This document shows positions 30,938 through 38,758 of a stretch of DNA of 64,000 nt, in pieces. Source of the DNA: an uncultured bacterium. GTDB taxonomy: Bacteria; Acidobacteriota; HRBIN11; JAKEFK01. How positions within the stretch are numbered: the first letter of the stretch is position 1; every line of letters starts with the position of its first letter. A program made the position numbers and the translations under genes. The stretch covers positions 79,910-143,909 of the forward strand of contig CAVZQN010000008.1 in assembly GCA_963777505.1 (NCBI GenBank), written 5' to 3'. The notes under the pieces were generated by a model. The model made no database searches, was not told where the DNA came from, and saw only the letters and a program-made list of their open reading frames with translations.

Positions 30938-31252
30938 CTAACCTTGCATCTCCCGTACTTGAGGTACTTCCACGCTATGAAAATGTCTATAAATAGCAAA
31001 AACGATCGCGAGAGCGACTGCAGCTTCAATTGCAGCAAGCAGAATGACAAAGATAACGAAGACATGTCCGCCAAGCGCGTGAGTTACATAATTTGAAAAT
31101 GCAACAAAATTGATGTTTGCCGCATTCAGGATCAATTCAATTCCCATCAAGACAGCAATGCCATTTCTACGCGTGAGAACCGCACAGAGTCCGAGACAAA
31201 AAAGAATTGCCGCAATAATGAGATAGTGATACAGCCCTGGGGCAAGCATCAT
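30938..31252 (-). CDS. nuoK: NADH-quinone oxidoreductase subunit K
   Basis: 104 aa, three TM segments, typical NuoK (GIELILNAANINFVAFS). Confidence 0.85.
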   Translation of the reverse strand: MMLAPGLYHYLIIAAILFCLGLCAVLTRRNGIAVLMGIELILNAANINFVAFSNYVTHALGGHVFVIFVILLAAIEAAVALAIVFAIYRHFHSVEVPQVREMQG

Positions 31253-31764
31253 GTGGTCGTCCCTTTTGCGCGAGCAATCGACACCGCGCCAACCAGAGCG
31301 GCCAGTAGAAGAATTGAGGCTACTTCAAATGGGAGCAGCCATTCCGTCATCAGCAATGTTCCAATCTGAGAAGTTGTTTCTTGAAATGCAGCAGGCTGCT
31401 GAACTTTCCAGGGGGTTTCAAAAATTAAATAAACTAAAAATCCAAACAAAATAAGCATTGCAATAACGGCCGGAATGAATTGGATGCGTCCTGTTCGAAT
31501 ATCCGCTTCAACCATACGCTGAGTCAGCATAATTCCGAAAAGGAGCAATACGAGAACGCCGCCTACATAAATCAGGACTTGAGTCGCGGCCAGAAAATCA
31601 GCGTGCAAAAAGAGAAACAATCCGGCAATTCCAAACAATGTAAACATTAACGAGAACACGGCTCGCATGATGTTTTTTACAAAGGTCACGAAAAACGCCG
31701 AAATAACGGTCAGTAGTGCAAAAAGATAGAACCCCGCAACATGCAGAATTTGCGTGATTTCCAT
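31249..31764 (-). CDS. nuoJ: NADH-quinone oxidoreductase subunit J
   Basis: 171 aa, five TM segments. Overlaps nuoK by 4 nt. Confidence 0.75.
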   Translation of the reverse strand: MEITQILHVAGFYLFALLTVISAFFVTFVKNIMRAVFSLMFTLFGIAGLFLFLHADFLAATQVLIYVGGVLVLLLFGIMLTQRMVEADIRTGRIQFIPAVIAMLILFGFLVYLIFETPWKVQQPAAFQETTSQIGTLLMTEWLLPFEVASILLLAALVGAVSIARAKGTTT

Positions 31765-31846
31765 TAAAACTCCTGGATCAGGTGTATGAAAAGACAGCTT
31801 ATTGTAATTCGAAGATATTTAAAATGGAAGACTGAAGAATTTACCA

Positions 31847-32284
31847 CTAACTTGCAGCAGTTTTCTCGGATGCGGGCTTGCCTGGCTTTAGCAAATCGGA
31901 AATCGTGATTGTATTAAGCTCATCTGTCACATGCTCTTGAATCCGTTGCCAGGCGGTTAGCATTTTACAGCTGGGCTCTAACAAACAGCGCGTGACTTCA
32001 CTCAGGCACCTGTTTACGACAACCGGACCATCAATGGCTTCTATGACTTCAAGAAATGTAATTCCAGAAGATTCACGAGCCAGCATATAACCGCCATGAG
32101 GACCACGAAATGACTTCACAAGATTGCGTTTTACAAGCTTGCGAAGAATCTTAAAAAGGAAATTGACAGGTATGAGTTGATCGCGGGCAATTTCACTTAC
32201 ATAGGTGATTTTTTCTGCTGGCTGGATGGCCAGATATATAACTGCGCGAAGAGCGTAATCACCCTCAAGAGACAAAAGCTGCAT
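31847..32284 (-). CDS. Rrf2-family transcriptional regulator, IscR-like (three-Cys cluster-binding motif)
   Basis: N-terminal wHTH (GDYALRAVIYLA). CLSEVTRCLLEPSCK has the IscR Cys spacing. Confidence 0.75.
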   Translation of the reverse strand: MQLLSLEGDYALRAVIYLAIQPAEKITYVSEIARDQLIPVNFLFKILRKLVKRNLVKSFRGPHGGYMLARESSGITFLEVIEAIDGPVVVNRCLSEVTRCLLEPSCKMLTAWQRIQEHVTDELNTITISDLLKPGKPASEKTAAS

Positions 32285-32353
32285 GAAACGTTGAACTCTC
32301 CCCTAGACGTTACTGAGAAACATACTCTCTGTCAATCTTTGTGATTCTGCGGT

Positions 32354-33781
32354 TTATTCACTTTTGCTGAGCCAATCGTTTGCAAAATCCAGAGCATCTT
32401 GTCGATTTCGCAATTTACCTTCAAGCTGAGATTCGCGAATCTCTTTTAACAGTTTACCCATTTTTGGACCTGGCTTCATTTGAAGAAACGCCATCAGGTC
32501 CCTACCCTTTAAGAGTTCGGGTGTATTCACTTTCGGATAATATTCGTCATAGTAATAGCGTATCAATTCGCGGACGAATGCAATGAATTCCGAATCACGA
32601 GCTGGATCAGATAGAGGTCCGCGCGCCGCGGATATATCACCATAAGCCATTAACAAAACGCCAATCCCTTCAGTTCCTGTGGCTCTGAAAAATCTAAAGA
32701 AGGAATCTTCGGATCGATCTTCCTGATTGTATAAATTCAACGGACGAAGATGGTGTTCAATCAACGATGCAACGATTTGTACATCTTTTCGCGCAAATTT
32801 TAATTGTTTCAGTATCGCTTGCGCCAGATCAGAGCCGACATGTTCATGTCCATGAAAACGCCAACGACCGGGCTCACGTAGTTCGCAAGTTTGCGGTTTT
32901 CCTACATCGTGCAACAAAATTCCCCACTTTAACAGACGCTCCCGATCAAGCGTGCCTGGTGTGGACTGAAGGTACTCCCGGATTCGAGTTGCATGTTCCG
33001 GAAATACTTCTGGAATCAGACTAAAGAGAGATTCATGGTTTTCAAGGGCTAAAAGGGTATGTTCCCAAACATCCAGATGATGATAACCGCCCTGTTCGCA
33101 GCCTTTCATGGGAACCAATTCAGGAATCAATGAAAGGAAAAGTCCTGAATTTCCGATCGTTTTCCAAGCAGCGGAAGAATCAGGCTGCAAAAAGATCCGA
33201 TCAAGTTCTTCACGAACTCTTTCTGCAGCAACCTCACGGATTAGTGGATGCAATTCGGAAATTTGTTGCAGAACTGAAGGATCAATTTGAAACTTCAATT
33301 CCGCTTCAAGGCGAAATGCACGGAGCATCCGTAATGGATCATCTTTCATACAGTCTGGAGATACGGCACGGATAATTTTCTTTTCAAGATCCGATCGTCC
33401 ATCAGTAGGATCAATTACTTTTTCCAAACGTCGTTCGGGGTAAAAGTCCTCCCATCGCAATGCGATTGAGTTGATTGTGAAATCGCGTTTTCGAAGATCT
33501 CCTTCGATCGTATGATTTCGAAATCCAGTAAAATCCCAATTGCCTTTATCTACAACAACGCGCGCAACCTGTCGTTCTTCATCCATAACAAAAGCTGGAA
33601 CCTCAAGTTTTTTTCGAAATAGCTGTACTGCTTCAAAAACATTTTCAAACACAACAAGGTCAACATCATGAATGGGACGGTTGAGCAAAAGATCTCGCAC
33701 AGTACCGCCGCATAGATATGCAGCGATTGGGAGCTGCCTCACAACGGCATCAAAGGCTTGAAGGTATGAATCTTTTAACAA
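32354..33781 (-). CDS. cca: CCA tRNA nucleotidyltransferase with HD domain
   Basis: GGTVRDLLLNRPIHDVDLVV head motif. HD domain (HDVGKP). Confidence 0.85.
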   Translation of the reverse strand: MLKDSYLQAFDAVVRQLPIAAYLCGGTVRDLLLNRPIHDVDLVVFENVFEAVQLFRKKLEVPAFVMDEERQVARVVVDKGNWDFTGFRNHTIEGDLRKRDFTINSIALRWEDFYPERRLEKVIDPTDGRSDLEKKIIRAVSPDCMKDDPLRMLRAFRLEAELKFQIDPSVLQQISELHPLIREVAAERVREELDRIFLQPDSSAAWKTIGNSGLFLSLIPELVPMKGCEQGGYHHLDVWEHTLLALENHESLFSLIPEVFPEHATRIREYLQSTPGTLDRERLLKWGILLHDVGKPQTCELREPGRWRFHGHEHVGSDLAQAILKQLKFARKDVQIVASLIEHHLRPLNLYNQEDRSEDSFFRFFRATGTEGIGVLLMAYGDISAARGPLSDPARDSEFIAFVRELIRYYYDEYYPKVNTPELLKGRDLMAFLQMKPGPKMGKLLKEIRESQLEGKLRNRQDALDFANDWLSKSE

Positions 33782-33791
33782 GTGAGTTTAA

Positions 33792-34640
33792 TCAGGAGCG
33801 GGAGTGATAAGCACGGAGTTGTTCAATTTGATGAGCATCGCTGCCGGTGGTTTCTTGCAATCCGAAATGGAGTGCAAATTCTCTCAGCATTGATACAGCA
33901 AATTTTTCGACATCAGGTGTTGGAAATTCGCGAGAACCTTCCTGGCAATATGGATATACAACCTCCATTCCATCCATTCCCATTTCTTTCAAATTACCAA
34001 TCATTGTATGCAGGTCTTTCATTCCAAGCGAAATACCATCGCGCGAATAATACGCAGGATGTGCAAGTACTGCGATCGCACCAGCCTGATGAATTAATGC
34101 AATCATCGATTCGGAAGAAGGTTTCACAATGATCGAATTTACTTGTATGTTTTCCTTCATCCATTTTTGTGCGGCACGATAGCGATCAGGCACAGCAAAA
34201 TCGTCAAATAGACCTTGATTGATCATGGAGTGAATTAAATGAGGATTCATAAATGTATGACAACGCGCGCAAATTTCATCCAGATCAATTACTTTTCTTG
34301 CATAAAAGGCATTGATTGCATCAGCCTGCTCAGCTGCTCTTAACTTTCGCGCTTTTTGAATGCTAGCAAGATGTTCATTTAACGGTTGATTATTAATATC
34401 AAGTCCAAACGCGAGCATATGCAATTCCTGATCTCCGTAGGTGCAATCTAATTCGGCACCAGGAATGACACGCATGTTGCTGCCTTTTGCAATATCGAAA
34501 GCAATTGGATATGCGCCGATCGCATCATGATCGGTAATTGAAATTTCATCTAAACCCAGCTCGATACACGCCCGCACAAGTTCTTCAGGGCTCGGTTCCC
34601 CGTCGGAAAGGTAGGTGTGCATGTGAAAGTCGCGTTTCAT
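33792..34640 (-). CDS. PHP-domain phosphoesterase (histidinol-phosphatase-like)
   Basis: MKRDFHMHTYLSDGEPSPEELV is the PHP N-terminal motif. The ORF track starts 51 codons upstream at 34793, which would overlap the next gene. Confidence 0.7.
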   Translation of the reverse strand: MKRDFHMHTYLSDGEPSPEELVRACIELGLDEISITDHDAIGAYPIAFDIAKGSNMRVIPGAELDCTYGDQELHMLAFGLDINNQPLNEHLASIQKARKLRAAEQADAINAFYARKVIDLDEICARCHTFMNPHLIHSMINQGLFDDFAVPDRYRAAQKWMKENIQVNSIIVKPSSESMIALIHQAGAIAVLAHPAYYSRDGISLGMKDLHTMIGNLKEMGMDGMEVVYPYCQEGSREFPTPDVEKFAVSMLREFALHFGLQETTGSDAHQIEQLRAYHSRS

Positions 34641-34680
34641 AGTTTCAAGAAAAACGGAACATGATAGCACTAAACGCCAT

Positions 34681-35457
34681 TTGCGCAAAACCTTTGTTGC
34701 CCTTGTGTCAAGCGATGAGTTTATAATGTCGGAATCTATGACAAGCTGGAAAAGGCAGTTCTTGAATTCTGTCAACCGCGTTTTAAGTTTCACAGGAATT
34801 GAACTTCAGAGAACTTCTTCCGATCCAAAAGCAGAAAGCCTCCCTTTTTATATTTCCCAGGCAAAAAAAGCTGGAATGGATATTAACGATTACCTGGAAA
34901 AAGTTGAAAATTGGGGAAATTCACAAAAGCTGCTGGAGACCGAAGTCTTTCCAGTCATTAAAAATGATTCAATTGTTTGTGAACTTGGACCCGGGACTGG
35001 AAGATTTTCAAGACATCTCGCGAAATATTTAACGAACGGAAAACTACACATCATTGATCATTCACCATGGCTTGAAAAATTTCTGCGAGATTATTTTAAA
35101 GATTCAAATAATGTAATGATCTATGGAGGCTCCGGGCATTCATTACCTTTTAAGGATTCGAATTTCGATTTGATTTTTGCATCGGGAGTTTTCATCGAGA
35201 TTAGTTTGCAATTGATCTATAGCTACTCAAAAGAATTCTATCGAACCTTGAAACCTGGCGGCTATTGCATTCTCGATTACTTCGACATCTCATCTGAAGA
35301 TGGGTGGAAACATTTAGAAAAGATGCAATTCGGACCGCACAGCGGTTTTACGTACCACACCACCGAAACAATCGACCGCATTTTCATATCCGCAGGATTT
35401 AAAGTCATGAAACGCCGCTTCACGGGCGCCAGTACTTACCTAATCCTGCGGAAATAA
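34681..35457 (+). CDS. class I SAM-dependent methyltransferase
   Basis: Motif I VCELGPGTGRFS and the overall fold length. The start could be the Met at about 34726. Confidence 0.6.
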   Translation: MRKTFVALVSSDEFIMSESMTSWKRQFLNSVNRVLSFTGIELQRTSSDPKAESLPFYISQAKKAGMDINDYLEKVENWGNSQKLLETEVFPVIKNDSIVCELGPGTGRFSRHLAKYLTNGKLHIIDHSPWLEKFLRDYFKDSNNVMIYGGSGHSLPFKDSNFDLIFASGVFIEISLQLIYSYSKEFYRTLKPGGYCILDYFDISSEDGWKHLEKMQFGPHSGFTYHTTETIDRIFISAGFKVMKRRFTGASTYLILRK

Positions 35458-35463
35458 TTTGTC

Positions 35464-36494
35464 CTAAGAATTAATCGAATTCTTACTGACTGACTTTAGT
35501 GCTGCGATTTCTTCCGCTAATTCCTGTGCTTTCTTTTGATCCGAAGCTGAAGTGTCGGCGGATTTTTCCAACGTCTCGCGATGTTCCGCTGATTTCTGCT
35601 CAATAGATTTCGCAATATCAGAAGCGGAAGATGCGAGTTCTGCAGTGGCCGCTTGCGCTGCTGCTGCGGCCGCCAAACCTGCTCCGCGCTACTGTCCCTG
35701 CTGTAACTCCAACACCGACTGCTGCTGTTCCTACCGCAATTCCCGCATTCGCTGCGAACGTTCCTGCAGCAATACCCATAGCTACTGGAATAGCACCTGC
35801 CGCAATTGCCACGTCCTTTGCCGCCGTTCCTGCTGCGATTCCTTCTCCCACTGCCGCACTGCCCGCTGCCGCTCCCGCACCAATTGCTGCGGCTCCAACA
35901 CCTGCTGCTGCTGTTCCTGCTGCAACTCCCGCACCAGCTGCGGCCGCACCGGCGGCTGCACCCAACGCCTGTAGCTGCTGATACGGCTGTTCCAATCACA
36001 GCAGCGCCACCTGTTACAACGGATACGGCAGCTTGAGTTGCCGCTTGCGTGGCGGTTAATTTTGCAGAAAGAATTTCAGAAATCGTCTTATCGGCTAATG
36101 CGGCCTTTTTCGTTTCTGCTTCTTGCGGTGCCCCTTTCTTTGAAGCGATCGCTTCATTCGCCGCACTAGAAATGCCTGTTGCCGCCGCCCCACCTGCTGC
36201 CGCTGCAGCTGATCCAATTGACGCTGCGCTGGAACCAATACCAGCAGCGGCTCCCATACCAGCGGTTGCACTGGCAGCGACCACTGAAGTCCCGAATGCC
36301 ATCCATGCAGCATCCCTCTCTTTTTCGTGTCTTTTTTCAGCCTCTTTTATTTGAGATTCTTCAAATAAATCCTTAGGTGCTGTAGAAATTCCACCTTGGA
36401 ATGCTTTCGTTTTCGATTCTGATGACTTTGAAGAATCTTCTATTTTGTTTTCAACCGATCCAATGATTCCTTCCACTACTTTCTTAATCTGCAT
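35464..36494 (-). pseudogene. Gly/Ala-rich low-complexity protein with charged coiled-coil ends, interrupted by two +1 frameshifts
   Basis: Three minus-strand ORFs (35517..36494, 35618..35995, 35464..35676) join into one protein. It has a charged N-terminus, long G/A-rich small-xxx-small segments, and a charged C-terminus. AGGAGGAG lies 5 nt before the ATG at 36494. Frame switches occur near 35958-35968 and 35678-35690. Confidence 0.55.
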
Positions 36495-36537
36495 TCTCTC
36501 CTCCTGTGCCGCTTTTCAGCAGTTCGATTCAATACAC

Positions 36538-36553
36538 TGCAACCGAAGTGCCA
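36538..36553 (-). promoter_or_regulatory. sigma54 promoter, perfect TGGCAC-N5-TTGCA
   Basis: Minus-strand read: TTGGCACTTCGGTTGCAGTG. -24 TGGCAC is the revcomp of 36548-36553 and -12 TTGCA is the revcomp of 36538-36542. The -12 element lies ~44 nt upstream of the ATG at 36494. Confidence 0.6.
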
Positions 36554-36647
36554 ACGCCGTTGACGAGGAGTGAAGTCTGGAAAGACAGGTTTTAAGCAAC
36601 TGTTGTTACTTTCTAGTTGGACAATAGTTGCTGAGGAGAATGGTGCA

Positions 36648-36673
36648 GGGAGGCGATGTAGGCCTCGCCTCCC
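36648..36673. terminator. perfect 9-bp stem-loop GGGAGGCGA-tgtaggcc-TCGCCTCCC downstream of gene 36691..38559
   Basis: Read directly. No U-tract follows. Confidence 0.4.
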
Positions 36674-36690
36674 TCTAAGATCGAAAGACC

Positions 36691-38559
36691 TTATTGCACG
36701 CAAACTTCTGCAACATTCAGTGAGGTAAACCTGGATTGATATCCGAAGGTTCCCGATTGAAGATTACCGCGGGGTGGAGTTGTTATGACTGGAGTACCAT
36801 CGATCGAAACAATGATATTCGTTCCATCAAACTCTACATCGACCGTGTAGAAAGTATTCGCTGCAAAATCAAAATTAGTTTTTACTTTCTGACGGCGGAC
36901 TCCATTTTCTTTTTCTACTAATACGATTTTGCCAGTGCTCGACTTAATCTGAATTTCTAACGTGTTCTTTTTGTTAACGAAATGAGTCAGGATCCACGCT
37001 TTGGTTGTAGTCGCGCCGGTAATTGAGATGACCGAACGGAATCTGCAAGTTAAACATCCTGTAAAAGTAAAAGGCGCAGTAACAACAGCCTTTTTGCCTG
37101 TTGGAGTACCAACCAGATTTCCTCCAGTTTCAACCCAGGACGGTTTAACGACAATCCAATCAAAAATTCCATTTTCAAAATCATCCACAAAGAGCCCACT
37201 GCAACTAACTCCTGCAACAATGATTGTGTAGCCACGGCTGCCGCTGCATCCACCCGCATCTGTGGCAGTCACTGTGAATGAAAAACTTCCGCTGACTGTT
37301 GGTGTGCCTGAAATAACACCTGTTGTTGGATGCAATGAAAGTCCTTGAGGTAATGCACCGTTACTGATGCTGAAAACGATTGGCGCAATACCACCAGCAA
37401 CTGAAACGCTTTCGGAATAGGGAGTCCCGAGAGTACCGTCAGGCAATGATGAAGGTGACACTACGATGGCAAGACCAGGCGGGACAAAACGTACGGCACC
37501 AGCACCTCGGCCCGGACCATTTAAATTAACGGCATGCGCTACTGCACCTGTTGCCGTAAAAGGAGCTTCAACAAATGCAGCCATTAGATCGGTTTGAGTC
37601 GTACCGCTATTTCCTGTAAGGATTGCTAGCTGTCCGTCACTGCTGATCCCAATATCTTCAAACCCAAGTGTTCCTCCAAGTGGCGGCAATGGAATCTGCT
37701 CAAAAGTAGAAGACGATGTAAATGGTGCAGCGACTGCAAACACACGAGCGAACGTAGCTGAAACGACAAGCGCTGTATTTCCATCAGGCGTGATGTTGAT
37801 TCCATCCGGCGCCACCGCTAAAGGAATTGGAAGGAATTGAGGCGTGGAAGCGGCTGAAAATGGCGCAGTAAAAATTCTGATTCCTGAAGTAGAAAGATCC
37901 GTTACAAGCAATTTATCCCCTGCAGGATTGATTGCGATCGCTCCGCTTAAATTGTTGAAGCTCACCGGAATCGTGAACGCAATGCTTGTATAAGGCGGAT
38001 CAAGAACGGAAATACCTGCGGAATGATAGACGTATGCACGACTGTTCGCATCAAACACGATCGCTTGTGTTTGATAACTTTGAACGCCTCCCGGCAGTGT
38101 CACCTGCGTAATTGTGGATGACGAATCAAATGGCGCATGAATCACATTTAAGGTGACTGAAAAACCGATTGCCAGCGCATGTGAAAGACCTGGCGCAACA
38201 GCGATCGTACCTGTTCCGTTATAATTCGGCGCGGTATTAATTGTTGAAAGCAATGATGCATTCGATACATCAACCACAAATACGCGCGAGTTATTGAAAT
38301 CAGAAACTAAAGCGCGATTACAGCCGAAATAAGAAACACCGTGCGGATCAGCGTTTGCCGGTAGTCCCGTCACATTCATTTGAGTGGGATTTGGCAAAGC
38401 GCTATCCGGAGTAGGAAAAACAATTGCTAAAGATCCATCTCCAGCAGTTCCAATAATCGCTTGACCCATTGCTACCACTGGAATCAAAAATGCAAAAAGG
38501 CTGCAAAGAACAAGTGCTTTCGAAAAAACTTTTTGTGTAAGCCTTAGAATCCTGATCAT
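36691..38559 (-). CDS. secreted beta-propeller-like protein with putative Ig-like (dystroglycan-type) and C-terminal beta-sandwich domains
   Basis: AGGAGGAAG-ATG at 38559 gives the signal peptide MIRILRLTQKVFSKALVLCSLFAFLIPVVAMGQA. Repeated propeller-like segments follow. A PYSESVSVAGG...ISGTPTVSG motif typifies putative Ig domains. Confidence 0.5.
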   Translation of the reverse strand: MIRILRLTQKVFSKALVLCSLFAFLIPVVAMGQAIIGTAGDGSLAIVFPTPDSALPNPTQMNVTGLPANADPHGVSYFGCNRALVSDFNNSRVFVVDVSNASLLSTINTAPNYNGTGTIAVAPGLSHALAIGFSVTLNVIHAPFDSSSTITQVTLPGGVQSYQTQAIVFDANSRAYVYHSAGISVLDPPYTSIAFTIPVSFNNLSGAIAINPAGDKLLVTDLSTSGIRIFTAPFSAASTPQFLPIPLAVAPDGINITPDGNTALVVSATFARVFAVAAPFTSSSTFEQIPLPPLGGTLGFEDIGISSDGQLAILTGNSGTTQTDLMAAFVEAPFTATGAVAHAVNLNGPGRGAGAVRFVPPGLAIVVSPSSLPDGTLGTPYSESVSVAGGIAPIVFSISNGALPQGLSLHPTTGVISGTPTVSGSFSFTVTATDAGGCSGSRGYTIIVAGVSCSGLFVDDFENGIFDWIVVKPSWVETGGNLVGTPTGKKAVVTAPFTFTGCLTCRFRSVISITGATTTKAWILTHFVNKKNTLEIQIKSSTGKIVLVEKENGVRRQKVKTNFDFAANTFYTVDVEFDGTNIIVSIDGTPVITTPPRGNLQSGTFGYQSRFTSLNVAEVCVQ

Positions 38560-38758
38560 ACTTCCTCCTATTTTCAAATCGCAGTCGAAAAGAAAAGTGC
38601 GCAACGAATTATTGCGTTGTCTGCCGGGTTGAAGAACTGCCAATCGGTATGAAAGACGCCATAACTTTCGACAGGTCTCGCTTGATCTTCGCTTTTTCTT
38701 CGCCTATGATGTCAGTCGGAGGAACCGGCGAGGTAGAGTCTTTTTTCTACAGCCCCGT

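Noticed and set aside
35552-36376. Plus-strand ORFs (35552..35974, 35631..35981, 35806..36036, 36049..36354, 36179..36376) and the minus-strand ORF 36095..36313 overlapping the Gly/Ala-rich gene
   Set aside because: They are shadow ORFs produced by GCN/GGN codon periodicity on the opposite strand or in alternate frames. They are low-complexity Ala/Pro/Arg translations with no start context. The minus-strand gene has an SD and a sigma54 promoter.
38602-38619. Candidate SOS/LexA box CAACG-N8-CGTTG upstream of the DnaE2-like gene
   Set aside because: It does not match any LexA consensus I know (CTGT-N8-ACAG, GAAC-N4-GTTC, GTTC-N7-GTTC). Kept only as a note under the DnaE2 finding.
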